Shown here: positions 12,307-30,259 of the stretch, one piece after another | How the letters are laid out: each line of letters starts with the position of its first letter | How positions within the stretch are numbered: position 1 is the stretch's first letter | Source of the DNA: the human T2T-CHM13v2.0 reference genome, Homo sapiens | DNA: 64,000 nt | Assembly: GCF_009914755.1 (NCBI RefSeq) | Contig: NC_060942.1 | Reading direction: 5' to 3' (one strand) | Translations under genes and position numbers: made by a program | Notes under the pieces: model-generated | Database searches by the model: none | The model's input: only the letters and a program-made list of their open reading frames with translations | Told to the model about the DNA's origin: nothing

Positions 12307-13141
12307 TCCACCCTCCCCCTGCATCCAGAGCTTAAGGTCCTTAAGGTCCATCGGGAGATTAGGGTCAACCCTCATACCTGAGACAACTTTGAGGAATCTT
12401 CGTAGCTACCACAGCGACTCAACATAGCAATGGAAACCAAGCGTCCTAGCCCTTCACTCTGAGCATGAAAGGACCACCAGGGCCCCACGCAGCCCACTAA
12501 ATGCTCCGCTTACTCAGCTCTCTTTCACACATCCGCCTTGCACCCTTACTGGAGCTTCTGAAACACCGAGTCAGGTCTCTTCGTGGCTCTCCTGCCCTGG
12601 CTTCTTCCTGTCTAGAGAAAGTCAAGGGCATCCTCGGACAGCCACCCGGCTCTTCCCTGTCAATCATAACCTGCTGCGCCAGCCCCCTCTCCTGTCCCAA
12701 TGGGTGCCCACTGGGCTCCTGGGTACAGTTTTCCTTACTTTTTTTCAGACTTTTCACCATCTTATAGCTTTGTTCAGGATAAAACCATTCCTGGGCTCTC
12801 CTTCTGCTCCTTGGAAAGTCCCCACATTTTTCTGAAGTAAACTCCTCATAAGAATTAAGGTTTGGTTTGCATGTCACCATCTAGTTACAGCCCTCCCCAA
12901 GTCGTCTGGGTTGAACCAATTAAACTGCTTGCCATACTGTGATAGCTTTTTAACACGATCCTTAATTTATTCAAGCATTCATAAAATATTTATTAAATGC
13001 ATATAGGAAACCTTGACGGTAGCATTTTCTAGTTTGCATTGTTATTTTTTCTCTCCCTTCTAGGTGGGTGTGAGCCTCTCCTGGGCAGAAACGAATTCAA
13101 CTTTCTATTACTCTTATTGTTATCATTAGCATTATTTTAGT

Positions 13142-13360
13142 GGCAGTAGAGTACTGTGGTTAAGAGCTTAGGTATCTGAGAGGCTGAATTGCAAGGAGAG
13201 TTTATATCATTGGATAGATTAATAAAACACTTTGAGCCCCAGTTTTCTGATCTGTAAATGGAGTTAATAATAGGATTTGCCCTCTAAACTGCCATGAGGC
13301 TTCAACAAACCGGGCTATGAATGACTTGCTGCACAGTAATGGTAATTTAAGTGTTAACCA
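13142..13360 (+). mobile_element. MIR SINE, flanked by L2 3'-end remnants
   Basis: gtggttaagagc...gagccccagttttctgatctgtaaatggag matches the MIR core; L2-like pieces at ~13050-13110 and 13370-13430. Confidence 0.7.
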
Positions 13361-13938
13361 TTGATGTCCTTATCCCAGCATCTGGTATAGTGAACCTACA
13401 GGTGCCCCTAAGATGTTTACTCAATCAATCACGTGGAACTGAGAATGCAACGAAAAGCTCAGGCCGGCCCTTGCAGAATCCTGGATCTGAGGGCCGTGTA
13501 TTGTTGCTGTAGGACCAAAAGAGCTGCCAGCATCCTTTACTAATACAGTGTGGTGCATCTGTTCTTTTATTTTATTATTTAAAGTTGAAGGAACTTAAAA
13601 TTAAGAAGAAATCAAGACCAAATGGAATATTCTGGCAAACTCACTTATCTCAAAAGGCAGAGCTCTACTTAATTAGTAGCAGGAATCAGATACTGAAGAA
13701 AAGGAGAGGCTGGGAAAGACTGACACTGACGTTATTATTGTTAAATGTACATGCAAATTAGGAGGATTCCAAATGAGCATCAGTCTGGCCTGTAGCGATT
13801 TCCTATTCCAGGGCTGGAGAGGAATAACTTGTTCCTCTAATGGCAGAAAATGCACTGGGATTTGAATCCATTGTCAATACCATGTCTCACTCTTTAAGCC
13901 CAGAAGCCTCGTGTTGTGAAATCAGGTGATGACCCATG

Positions 13939-14035
13939 GCAGTGTTTCTCAAGCTTTTTGGTTTCAGGATCCCCTTTTACTCTGAAAAGTTATTGAGAGT
14001 CTCAAAGTAAATTTAACTTTGTGAGCTATATCAAA
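13939..14035. mobile_element. hAT-Charlie DNA transposon terminal fragment (Charlie1-like)
   Basis: cagtgtttctcaagctttttggtttcaggatcccc...aaagttattgag resembles a Charlie terminus. Confidence 0.6.
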
Positions 14036-14331
14036 ATTTAGAAAGGCCCTCTAAATAAATATCACACCCTGAGGAGAAGAGATTAAATAAGATGTATCTT
14101 TGCTCCAAAAAAGAACAAAAATGTACAAGTTTATCTTAAGTAAAAGGACACTTTCTAAATGAACTCTAAGATGACCTTAGAAAAAGAGAAATATTTTTGC
14201 TTAAAATAAAAGTTTGCATCGAATCTATTTTTTCTTTTTCCTTCTTTACTGAAGTGTTGAGGCTTTTTGAAATTTAGGTAGGCATTTTAGTAGCCTCCAG
14301 AGAATGAGAAATAAGAATGTGCATATTATTA

Positions 14332-14490
14332 TTTTTTTCTTTTTTTTTTCTTTTACTTTAAGTTCTGGGATACATTTGCTGAACATGCAGGTTTGCTACA
14401 TAGGTATACATGAGCCATGGTGGTTTGCTGCACCTGTCAACTCGTCATTTAGGTTTCAAGCCCCACAAGCGTTAGGTATTGTCATAATGC
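14332..14490 (-). mobile_element. Short 5'-truncated L1PA (L1PA8-like) 3' end
   Basis: poly(T) then tactttaagttctgggatacat...ttaggtattgtcataatgc; 20-bp TSD TAAGAATGTGCATATTATTA (14312-14331) / TAAGAACATGCGTATTATTA (14491-14510). Confidence 0.9.
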
Positions 14491-16599
14491 TAAGAACATG
14501 CGTATTATTACTGTATTGAATTTCCACATACTTCAGTGGCAGAAATGCTGTAAACAGTGATGTCTAAATGTGTTGATGCAACTGATCCTAGCAAGAGCCA
14601 CTGCCTATTTGATAACTCCAGCAGGCGAACCGTGTACACTTCTAATTGTGTTAGTATGAAAGCAGATTATATATTAGAGCTTCCCCCTCAGATATAATTC
14701 CTTTTCTCTTGTAAAAGCAATGTGACTTCCTCTACTAAACTGACCATGCCATAAAAATAAAACATATTTTATTCACTTATCACTAAGGAAGTAAAGCCTG
14801 GTTTCTAGGTATGACTTTGTTGCCATGGAATCCGTGCTGAAAGCCTGTCTTAGTTATTAAGTTATAGCTCCATCTCCAATTAGCACTGCATAGGTCTGAC
14901 ATTAGCTGTAACAGAAGCTTTGCTTTTGGTGACGACTTCTGGTATTTACAGACAGTGTTTATGTTTGCCTCCCTCTTTTCAATTTGAGACTCCTTGTTGA
15001 TAAACAATAGTTTGACCAAACCACGAAGGTATGCCCATGTGCAAGAAGCATGAACCTAAATAGGTGAGTTTATAAGAATCTTCCCATTCCCTGAGAAATT
15101 CTTAGATTACAACCTACTTCCATGAGCTTCTTTCTAATTTTGAATTGCATGTGATTGGTAAGAATATTGAAAACCCACATATTGAAATGTCTTGTGATAG
15201 TTATTCCTGTCTTCACGATCCTGAACGTCTGAAAAATCTAGAATTGTGTTTTCCAAATGAATACATTTTCCGTAGTGCTTAAGGAAAATGCCCCATGACT
15301 GGCTGAATTTTTCACCATTCATTGGAATCCCTCTGTCTTCAATGTGAAACAAGAGCATGCCTCTCTGGTCTGAGGTGTGCAGCTGGAGGAAACTTGATCT
15401 TTAGCTTCTTTACAGTCAAATCTTTGTTGCACTCTATGTCCTGCAGCCTTGAGTCAAGCTTCCAGGTTTGTCTTCACTCACAACTTCACACTGCTTAGAA
15501 TCCGTAAAAATCCCCATTTCCTGGGCACCCTGTTGCTATTGATTTCTCTTTGATGACTCTAGCTGTTACCTTGAATTAAAGCAAAAAGGCTTATCTAAAT
15601 CTTTCTTGTCTCGCCTTGTGGAAGGATTGACTTAAGCACTTAACACACAATATTAAGAAGAAGGAAAATAGGTTTATTGGTGTCCTGGGAAAAGAAGGAG
15701 GGGCAGGAGGCTGTGGAGCCAGCGTTGCTCCAACTCCACTCACTCTTCCCAGCCGTCCCAGGCCAGGCCTCCTCCAGGGGAAGGTGATGTCCGTCCAGGC
15801 ATGCCCGCTGCATGGAAGTGGCTAGACCAGCTGTCACACGCATGGTCCCTCTGAGATGACTCCCTGACTGTGGATGAAAACTCGAGGCTTGGGGCAGTGT
15901 CTCAGGGTCACCTCTCCAGTGGGTGTGCAACCGCCCCAGCTTCCACCTCAGACCAGGGCTCGATCTTCTCTGACTTCTCCCGGGCACCGCGGACCCCCCG
16001 ACCCGTCTTCAGGAGACCATTCCAGGAAACGTTGAAAGGCTCCGTGTTGATTTATTTTACTTCTAAAACTCATTCAAGTTATTTGTAATTGCTGAGCATA
16101 ATAATTTCTGCTCAATTGATGTATTTCAGTTAAGGAAACAAAGTTTAGTATTCAAAGAATTTTTCACACGATTGCTGTTGTCTTGCTGACTAGCTAATGT
16201 GATTCTTCGCTCTTTGTTTTCCCATAAGATTTGGAATTTAAAAACTGACTCACTTTTCTACACTTTTCCTTACCTCTGGGCAAGACAATAATTGGAAACT
16301 TCTTAAGGAATTTTCCCAGACAGTAAGCATTACTCCCAATTCACTTTTTTTTCTTATCTTTTTCCTTAGAGATAAAAAAGTCTAAGACTCAGAGACAGTT
16401 GAAATACTTTTATAACCATGTTAGCAATTAAAATAGTTGAATTTGGATATTTTAAGGTGCTAACCAAAGCCATGTAGCTCTTCTGGTAGAAGCAACACTA
16501 GAATTAACATACGTGAGGTTTTCATTATGAAATTATGCATAGAAAAGGGAAATAAAACATGGTTTATAATTTAGGAAAATAATTGAAGAGTTTCCTTTT

Positions 16600-16975
16600 T
16601 TTGTTCATGTTATTTCTTATACCAATAACAAAAATGCACTTCACTCAGAGGCTTTAATGTTTTTATATATTTTTAATAGTTTCATATTTTTACATCTAGT
16701 TGTTAATACATCAAAAATTCATTTTGGTATCTAATGTAAAACAGGGAGATATGTATTAAATAATACATTATTCGGAAATAACATTGAATTATGAACCCTT
16801 TTCTCATTAATTTGAAATGTCACCTTTGCCATATACTGGAGTTATATATATTTTAAAATTTACAATATGTTTCTTAGCTTTCTGTTCTGTTCCACAAATC
16901 TGCCTATTTTTAGACTAACACCAGTGTAAATTTGAAGCTTTAAACTACAGTTAGTGTTGGCAAAGCAGACCCTTC
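16600..16975 (-). mobile_element. Ancient L1M fragment, probable host of the L1PA insertion
   Basis: tttgaaatgtcacctttgccatatac...ttctgttctgttccac resembles antisense L1 ORF2. Confidence 0.55.
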
Positions 16976-17193
16976 TTCTTTTATTTATTTATTTTTATTA
17001 TACTTTAAGTTCTAGGGTACATGTGCACAACGTGCAGTTTTGTTACATATGTATACGTGTGCCATGTTGGTGTGCTGCACCCAGTAACTCGTCATTTACA
17101 TTAGGTATATCTCCTGACGCTATCCCTCCCCCATTCCCCGACCCCACAACAGGCCCCGGTGTGTGCTGTTCCCCTTCCTGTGTCCAGGTGTTC

Positions 17194-21043
<3,850 letters not shown>

Positions 21044-21091
21044 TTATTTTGCTCGTTAGTTGATGCAGTTTCTTCCTAGCCTCAGTGGTCT

Positions 21092-22108
21092 TTACAATTT
21101 GGCCTGTTTTTTCAGTGGCTGGTACCGGTTGTTCCTTTCCATGTTCAGTGCTTCCTTCAGGAGCTCTTGTAGGGCAGGCCTGGTGGTGACAAAATCTCTC
21201 AGCATTTGCTTGTCTGTAAAGGATTTTATTTCCCCTTCACTTATGAAGCTTAGTTTGGCTGGATATGAAATTTTGGGTTGAAAATTCTTTTCTTTAAGAA
21301 TGTTGAATATTGGCCCCCACTCTCTTTTGGCTTGTAGGGTTTCTACTGAGAGATCCGCTGTTAGTCTGTTGGGCTTCCCTTTGTGGGTAACCCGACTTTT
21401 CTCTCTGGCTGCCCTTAACATTTTTTCCTCCATTTCAACTTTGGTGAATCTGACAATTACGTTTCTTGGAGTTGCTCTTCTCGAGGAGTATCTTTGTGGT
21501 GTTCTCTGTATTTCCTGAATTTGAATGTTGGCCTGCCTTGCTAGGTTGGGGAAGTTCTCCTGGATAATATCCTGTAGAGTGTTTTCCAACTTGGTTCCAT
21601 TCTTCCTGTCACTTTCAGGTACACCAATCAGACATAGATTTGGTCTTTTCACATAGTCCCATATTTCTTGGAGGCTTCGTTGATTTCTTTTTATTCTTTT
21701 TTCTCTAAACTTCTCTTCTCACTTTATTTCATTAATTTGATCTTCACTCACTGATACCCTTTCTTCCAGTTGATCAAATAGGCTACTGAAGCTTGTGCAT
21801 TCATCAAGTATTTCTCGTGCCATGGTTTTCAGCTCCATCAGGTCATTTAAGGACTTCTCTACATTGGTTATTCTAGTTAGCCATTCATCTAATCTTTTTT
21901 CAAGGTTTTTAACTTCTTTGTGATGGGTTCGAATGTCATCCTTTAGCTCGGAGAAGTTTGATCATCTGAAGCCTTCTTCTCTCAGCTCGTCAGAGTCATT
22001 CTCCATCCAGCTTTGTTCCATTGCTGGTGAGGAGCTGCGTTCCTTTTTAGGAGGAGAGGCTCTCTGATTTTTAGAATTTTCCATTCTTCTGCTCTGTTTT
22101 TTCCCCAT
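21092..22108 (-). pseudogene. L1 ORF1 (RNA-binding chaperone), full-length frame with two nonsense codons
   Basis: ATG at 22108 (MGKKQSRRMENSKNQ), 1017 bp in frame to the stop at 21092; TGA at codons 49 (21962-21964) and 130 (21719-21721), both consistent with CGA>TGA CpG decay. Confidence 0.93.
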
Positions 22109-22687
22109 CTTTGTGGTTCCCCATCATCTACCTTTGGTCTTTGATGATGGTGACGTACAGATGGGTTTTTGGTGTGGATGTCCTTTCTGTGTGTTAGTTT
22201 TCCTTCTAACAGTCAGGACCCTCAGCTGCAGGTCTGTTGGAGTTTGCTGGAGGTCCGCTCCAGACCCTATTTGCCTGGGTATCACCAGCGGAGCCTGCAG
22301 AACAGCGAATATTGCTGAACAGCAATGTTGCTGCCTGATTGTTCCTCTGGAAGCTTCATCTCAGAGGGTTACCCGGCCGTGTGAGGTGTCAGTCTGCCCC
22401 TACTGGGGGGTGTCTCCCAGTTAGGCTACTCGGGGGTCAGGGACCCACTTGAGGGGGCAGTCTGTCCATTCTCAGATCTCAAACTCCATGCTGGGAGAAC
22501 CACTACTCTCTTCAAAGCTGTCAGACAGTGACATTTAAGTCTGCAGAGGTTTCTGCTGCCATTTGTTTGGCTATGCCCTGCCCCCAGAGGTGGAGTCTAC
22601 AGAGGCAGGCAGGCCTCCTTGAGCTGCGATGTGCTCCACCCAGTTCAAGCTTCCTGGCTGCTTTGTTTATCTACTCAAGCCTCAGCA

Positions 22688-22804
22688 ATGGCACACGCCC
22701 CTCCCCCAGCCTTGCTGCTGCCTTGCAGTTTGATCTCAGACTGCTGTGCTAGCAATGAGCGAGGCTCTGTGGGTGTGGGACCCTCTGAGCCAGGTGCAGG
22801 ATAA
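22688..22804 (+). other. L1 antisense ORF0 homologue, truncated at 38 aa
   Basis: MAHAPPPALLLPCSLISDCCASNERGSVGVGPSEPGAG* matches the primate ORF0 N-terminus (MAGAPPPASLPPCSLISDCCASN...). Confidence 0.75.
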
Positions 22805-24009
22805 AATCTCCTGGTGTGCCGTTTGCTAAGACCCTTGGAAAAGCACAGTATTAGGGTGGGAGTGACCCGATTTTCCAGTTGCCGTCTGTCACAGCTTTGC
22901 TTGGCTATGAAAGGGAATTCCCTGACCCCTTGTGCTTCCCTGGTGAGGAGATGCCTCGCCCTGCTTCGGCTTATGCTCAGTGCGCTGCACCCACTGTCCT
23001 GCACCCACTATCTGACAAGCCCCAGTGAGATGAACCCAGTACCTCAGTTGGAAATGCAGAAATCACCTGTCTTCTGCGCCGCTCATGCTGGGAGCTATAG
23101 ACTGGAGCTGTTCCTATTTGGCCATCTTGGAACTGCCCCCCACTCTGATTTCTTCATGACTCTATTGTTAATTTGCCTGAGGTCTGTGGGATCATTTTTA
23201 ACTTCTCTAACTTTGAGTTGACTTTCAACAAAATAATGATAACTTAATAATTCCATGAAACCTTTTCCAAAACCTTTACATTCATTTGAACACAATTGTA
23301 GGGCATCAATTTTAAGATCTTTGTTATTATTATTATTACTCAGTTGTTTTCTCTTTAGAGAGACTGTACAGTGGTCAATCCCATATTTTACATTTTTATA
23401 ACTTGGTAGTTAACTATACTAATAAAAGTGTGTATTTATAGCTACAAAAACATAGATGGGCATTCAGTGTTTTCATGGTTCTAAACAAGATAGCAGATTT
23501 AGCAGCCGAAAGATACCAATCGTGATACTAAGGCCCGACATGTAGGCTTTAGCATTCCCTCCATTTACACATGTAAGCCACTGCAGAGAAGCAAAGTGGA
23601 AAGAAAAGGAAGAGTTCTACATTAATTTTTTAAAAGTCTTGGTTAATATTTATGCCAATTAGTCAAGCTTCTTCTAAGTACTTAGAAACATGACATTTGT
23701 GTATATTCATGTTTTCAAGGCCTCTTATTTCTACTTAAAAGTTAGGAGTAACTTTTACTCTTAAACAGCACTAGGATTTTGTCTTCTTTTTATCCTGTGT
23801 GGTTTCGTGCTGCTTATTTCCTGATAGCTCTCTACAAGCATCTGGAAATAGTACTCAAAAGAAAAGAATAAATAAGATTTTAATATGGTAATTATTAGAG
23901 GTTAGAAAGCTTTGGCTTTATAGACCCTTACAGACCTTTGCTGTTTCAAAAAGTATTTTCTCATGTTTTATGTTTACAAAAGCCTCATCAGACAGGCCAG
24001 TCAGACATC

Positions 24010-24128
24010 ACTAGCCCCATTTCCAGTGTAAGAAAACTGGCATTAGATAGGCTTTGATATATAACTAATTGTGGAACCAAGATTTGAACTCAGAGTTTAC
24101 AACTTCAAGGCCAGTGTCCTTTTTCTAC
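24010..24128 (-). mobile_element. MIR-family fragment
   Basis: ccccatttccagtgtaagaaaactgg...ccaagatttgaactcag...cttcaaggccagtgtcctttt. Confidence 0.6.
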
Positions 24129-25449
24129 AAATTGAGAGAAAATATCAATTTAATGTAAATTAGATGCAAGCGACTCAATGATAAACTGAATTGCCCACTG
24201 TTAAAGTAAAGAGCTGAAATTTGTCATAGCATAGATGAATGCCAATGGTGTGATCATAAGTTTCTAAAAATGATAAGATGGTAAATTTTAGAGGAAGACT
24301 ATATAACTTTAAAATGTTGGCCCAAGTAAAACTTCAAGTTCGTCCCACCAACTATGGTTCTATTCATCTCAAAGGGGTTATGTGGGTTAAAAGAGGAATC
24401 ATCTGTCCCACGAGTTACCATTTTGATTATGACCTCCTCCGATTGTTCTGGAATGATGCAATTTTCTTCCCAGTGATGAAAGAAATTCTCCCTCTCTTCT
24501 TTTATTTCTAGATAAAGACATCCTCTATTCCATGCTCGCCATGTCTCTGTCTCTAAAGAAGCATTCTCTACAACTCGCTGTAGCCAAAAAACACCCACAC
24601 TTCAGAGGGAGGTTGTGTTGTTTGTTACAGTTTTCCTAACCCCCTCCAATTAAGCAAATTGAATGCTTTCTTCAAAACCTCCTGGAAATTCCATCCATTC
24701 TAAAAGCCCCCGCTTCTCCCATCCTCCCCAAGGCTCCCTGCCCTCTCTGCTTTCTCCTCCTGCCACTGGCTCATTGTCAGGTTAGTTTTTTCCTGAGGAA
24801 CAACCTCCCAGTCTCCCACTCGCAGCCACAGGAGGCTGGTCAGTATCTGAACCCATCTTACCAACGCGGTGATGACATCATCTGCCACTGTGTGTTGTCT
24901 TCTGTCTCTCCAGATGACATGAGGGACCTAGTCTTTCTTGTATCCTGGAGTCTAGAATATTTCCTGACACAGTCGATTGTCGGTAATTATTCAATGGATT
25001 AATTAATTAGTTCTGTAACCTTCCCATTGTCTCAATCCTCCTTCAAGGTGAAGCCCTTGTTCTGTGTCTCTGCATCCTCCATGGCACCAGCGCATCCCTG
25101 TTCCTCAGGCTCGTGTGTGAGTTGATGGGGTGCTAGCGTTGACACAGGGCTCTGAGGGCAGTGGTGCAGCAGGACTACCACCGCCCCAATCCAGAAGCCC
25201 AGTGTCCAAGTCTGAGTTTTGCCCCTTACTGCAAAGAAAGACTGGCCTGAGTTAGGTTTTCTTTCTCAAGCTTCGTTCTTGAACTTCATAACAATCAGGT
25301 GAGAGAGAAAGCAACTTGTTCACTCTACTCAATATACAAATTTAAAGTGCTGTTATCAGAAGTGAAAATACAGAAGCAAATTTAAAAATAGACCAGAGGT
25401 TTACTCCTGAAAGGGGTAAAATACAACCAAAGTGAGCCTTGTCTTCTGA

Positions 25450-25805
<356 letters not shown>

Positions 25806-26750
25806 TGAATAAGATTTTTTATAATTTCTTGTCAATCTCCACCTAGCCATGGTGTGGTGAAAGTCTCAGCTGTCTCGTTGTGATTAGCGTTGCTCTCTAG
25901 CCTCATTATGGAATTCAGTGACTTACTTCTTCCTTCCTTTTTCTTTACAAATAGCCTTCCTTTCATGCTAAGAAAAGCCACATCAGAACAGGTCTGTAAA
26001 AACTCAGGTTAAATAACTGGGATATTCTGTGAGGTCAAAATTACTCTTTATCTTTTGCTTTGTAATAATCCTGCCTTTCACTGAAACAGATGAAAATCAG
26101 ATGGAATTTAGTCAGTTCATAGATTTCAGTAACTTTCTGAAAGTACATTTTAATGGTGGGCATTACCTCTTTGTTCACATAATTGCTATCGTGTCCCTTT
26201 GGAGATGCCCCAAAGCCCATTAACAGCCCGGTTTTCTCTAGTGCTTCTTTTCATAATATGAGCAAAATGTCAGTCTGCTGTGGTATTTCGGATCCCTCGG
26301 ATTTAATGTTCATACAATGCTATTTTATGATGAATTAAATAATACTAAATTTGCAAATAAAATGACAGTTCGGGTTAATTTTTTATCAACTGGCCTGATT
26401 CCAATTCTATTTCTACTTTTGATTCATATGAAATGCCCTAATAATTTAGTGTTGCACTAACTTTACTGAGAAAAACTTCTCTCTTCTAGTCTCTGTAATG
26501 TCTCATTTGTAACTATATGTTTTGATGTTACATCCTAGAATGTGGGATCTGTTTGGTATAATATCATTGGTTCCTTTTAGAAATCTTCATAATAACAAAA
26601 CTGGATCCATCCTCAAAACAATGCTATTGATATAACTGGAAGACTCAAGAAGACTTCCTGATTTCTCATTCCTGGTGATGACAGAGTGGTCCACTGTAAG
26701 GTGAAAATGTATTCACATTGACATAGCCTTCAGTTAGAAATGTGATGTGT

Positions 26751-27172
<422 letters not shown>

Positions 27173-27348
27173 TCATGGCTTTCCTGAGCTGAAAAGAAAT
27201 CCAAGCCAGTCAATTAAAAAATCTAAGTGATCTATATCCTTAATCATTAATACCTTTCATGTAAGGTTATGTTTATTCCATCGCCAGGGGGCTGAAAGCC
27301 AACCTCCTTGGTTTCTTAGTAGATTATGGTTTCCATAGTTGGAGAATA

Positions 27349-27400
27349 ACACAGACACACACACAGACAGAGAGAGAGAGAGAGAGACATACACACACAG
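27349..27400. repeat. (CA)n/(GA)n compound microsatellite
   Basis: acacacacacagacagagagagagagagagacatacacacac. Confidence 0.85.
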
Positions 27401-27534
27401 CAGAGTGCAGACAGATACATCTCTCGCACGTATGTTTTTCTTCTACTCTGACTTAACATTCTTCCCACTACTAGGGTCTATAGTCCCTGTCCTGTCAATC
27501 CCAGCATCCAAATTATGAGAAAGCTTGAACTAGC

Positions 27535-27810
27535 TCCCTAGGTAGCCCTCTGGAGGGGCCCAGTGGAGAGAATCTGAGAGGCTGGAGGCTCCATCCAGTG
27601 TAGTGGGCAAACCTTTAGACGATTCCAGACTCCGGAAATTTGTCTTTGAGTTGAAGCCCCAGGATTTGAGGAATAGAATCGGGTTATCTTCACTATACTC
27701 TGATCAAATTCCTGACCCCTAGAATCTATGAGCAACAGAAAAAGTATTTAAAATTAAAAAGAAAGAGACGGCTGTGTTATATCACTAATTTATAGGGTAA
27801 TATGGTGCTT
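27535..27810 (+). mobile_element. MLT1F/G/H-type MaLR LTR 3' fragment
   Basis: tggaggggcccagtggagagaatctgag...caaattcctgacccctagaatctatgagc. Confidence 0.55.
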
Positions 27811-28345
27811 GGCCCCAGTAACTGGCCTATGGATACTAGAGTTTGAAGTCACCTGGAGAATTTATTCCAGAAGTGAGTTGTACTAGAAGTTGGATATCTT
27901 CCCTTCCATGTATTTCAAAAGTTTATGTATATTTCATCTCATTTTAAAATAGATTCGCACTGAAAAATTAATACTTAAAACTTTAAGGAAAGCTCTACAG
28001 CAAAATGTCAATTGGTAAGAGTTTGGAGGATTGCGATTTTTGTAATAATTTCAGTCCTTAGCTTGGCAAATTTTTCAAGAGTTCTTAACAAATGACAGCA
28101 ATTATTTACTTGTATATCAACTGCATTCTTAGCCATCATTGAGGTCCCTCAAGTACAATATTTTTAATGAGGATTTCTGAAGTTATAACTCTTTCCCTCA
28201 TATTATATTTTTAGTCTACATGTGTTTTAACACTTGTTTCCTAACAGTTTCATTTATGATAATTCTGTCTTCCCAATGTAAGCTGTAGATTTCTTAAGCC
28301 ATTTTTTTTTTCTGGGGGCTTGGGCTTATAAGAAATGTTCATTAG

Positions 28346-28699
<354 letters not shown>

Positions 28700-28976
28700 T
28701 TAACTTTCAGTGCCAGGAGTTTCAAAGCAGGTCTGCTGAAGAACAGTGAGAGAATAAGGTAAATCAGAGTTGAAATATTCTTAAGACTAAATAATTTCCT
28801 CAAAATACTGAACTTGAGGAGAATTTCATCAGCATTTCTCATAATACAACTCTGTTTTACTTCACAAATAAATCAAGGAGAAAGATTAAAAAGCAGGCAG
28901 GTTTTATGGTTGTCAAAGGAAACAATATGCCTTTGGGTATAAAGGAAAATAAAACACTCATAGGGTGACAAATCAT

Positions 28977-29469
28977 TATATGGGTTTTAGATTGCTGCTG
29001 GGACAAACTACCACAAATTCCGTGGCTTAAAACAACACCAACTTATGATTCTATGGTGCTAGAGGTTAAAAATCTGACATGGGACTCACTGGGCTAAAAT
29101 TAAGATGGCAGCAGGTCTGTGTTCAATTCTAGAAGCTCTAGAAGAGAATCAGTTCCTCTAATTTTTCAGCATATAGAGGTTCTGGTCCCTTCCCATCTTC
29201 AAAGCCAGTTATAGCTGGTTGAGTCTTTCTCACATTGCATCACTCCGACCTCCTATTCTGACTTGCTCTTCCACTTTTAAAGGCTTGCGATGGTTTCCTT
29301 GGTGCCACTTGGATAATCCAAGATACCGTCCCTATTTTATGGTCAGCTGATCAGTGAATGGCATCGGCAACCTTAAGTTACCTCCTTTGCTGGGTAAAGT
29401 AATGCATCCACAGTTTTCAGGCATTATGATGTGGACATCTTTTGGCACTTTATTTTTCTGTCCACCACA
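28977..29469 (-). mobile_element. MLT1D-like MaLR solo LTR
   Basis: ttgctgctgggacaaactaccacaaa...gtggacatcttttgg...tctgtccaccaca. Confidence 0.8.
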
Positions 29470-29508
29470 TTCATTTTGAATGTAGATCTCTATAAAGAAA
29501 ATATCAGA

Positions 29509-29588
29509 TGCCCAGATGCAGTGGCACACACCTGTAATTACAGCATTTTGGGAGGCTAAGGTGGGAGGATCTTTGAGCCCAGGAGTTA
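29509..29588 (+). mobile_element. Alu left-monomer/FLAM fragment
   Basis: gcagtggcacacacctgtaattacagcattttgggaggctaaggtgggaggatctttgagcccaggagtt. Confidence 0.8.
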
Positions 29589-30259
29589 GGGGCATTTAAA
29601 GTAATGCTTTATTTGCATCTTGATCACAAGTACATAGATTTCAACAAAGATCTGTGGGCCAGTTAACGGGTAGTGTGGTCACTGGAAATTGATGGCACCA
29701 TGTTTCCTTTTAGGAAGAACTGAGAGTACTTGGTTCTTCATTCAAAGGACTCACCTTCATGAGTGTAGCTCTCAGAAGCATGAACTACATGCTTTCAAGG
29801 AGGTGAAGTGCTGTGACCGAGTACCCTTGAGTGGTCCAGAGTGCTAGTCCAAGGCATAGCTCCCGGTTCATTGTCAGGGAAATTAAATCCTTGGAAAGTG
29901 GCTGGGCCTGTCCACAACGCAGGAAGCCAGCCAGTCCGTGGGGGCCTCTGTGGGTTCTTGTGAGGATGCAGGAGTTCATCTCAATACACCTGCCTCCTCC
30001 GTGGCTAATCCCAGTACACTCCTCTCCAAAAGGCCCTTCAGAATCTGAATTTACATCTCCATCATCACCCGAATCAGTGTCCCTTGAGCAACCTTATCGT
30101 TTGTCTCCTCAAATGTGCTGAATAGAGCATTCTCCAGTTGGTGAATAAGGGCTTCTAGAACCTACTGATTTTGAGAAACACAGCATCTCCTCTTTCACAG
30201 TCATCAAACCTATTAATGCCCAGAGTCAGTGGCCTCTTAAAGTTGCTTAACTGTTTCTC

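Noticed and set aside
11293-12427. Long His/Thr- and Cys/Val-rich ORFs (up to 360 aa)
   Set aside because: They arise from a stop-poor TG/CA repeat that is open in several frames on both strands; no domain signal
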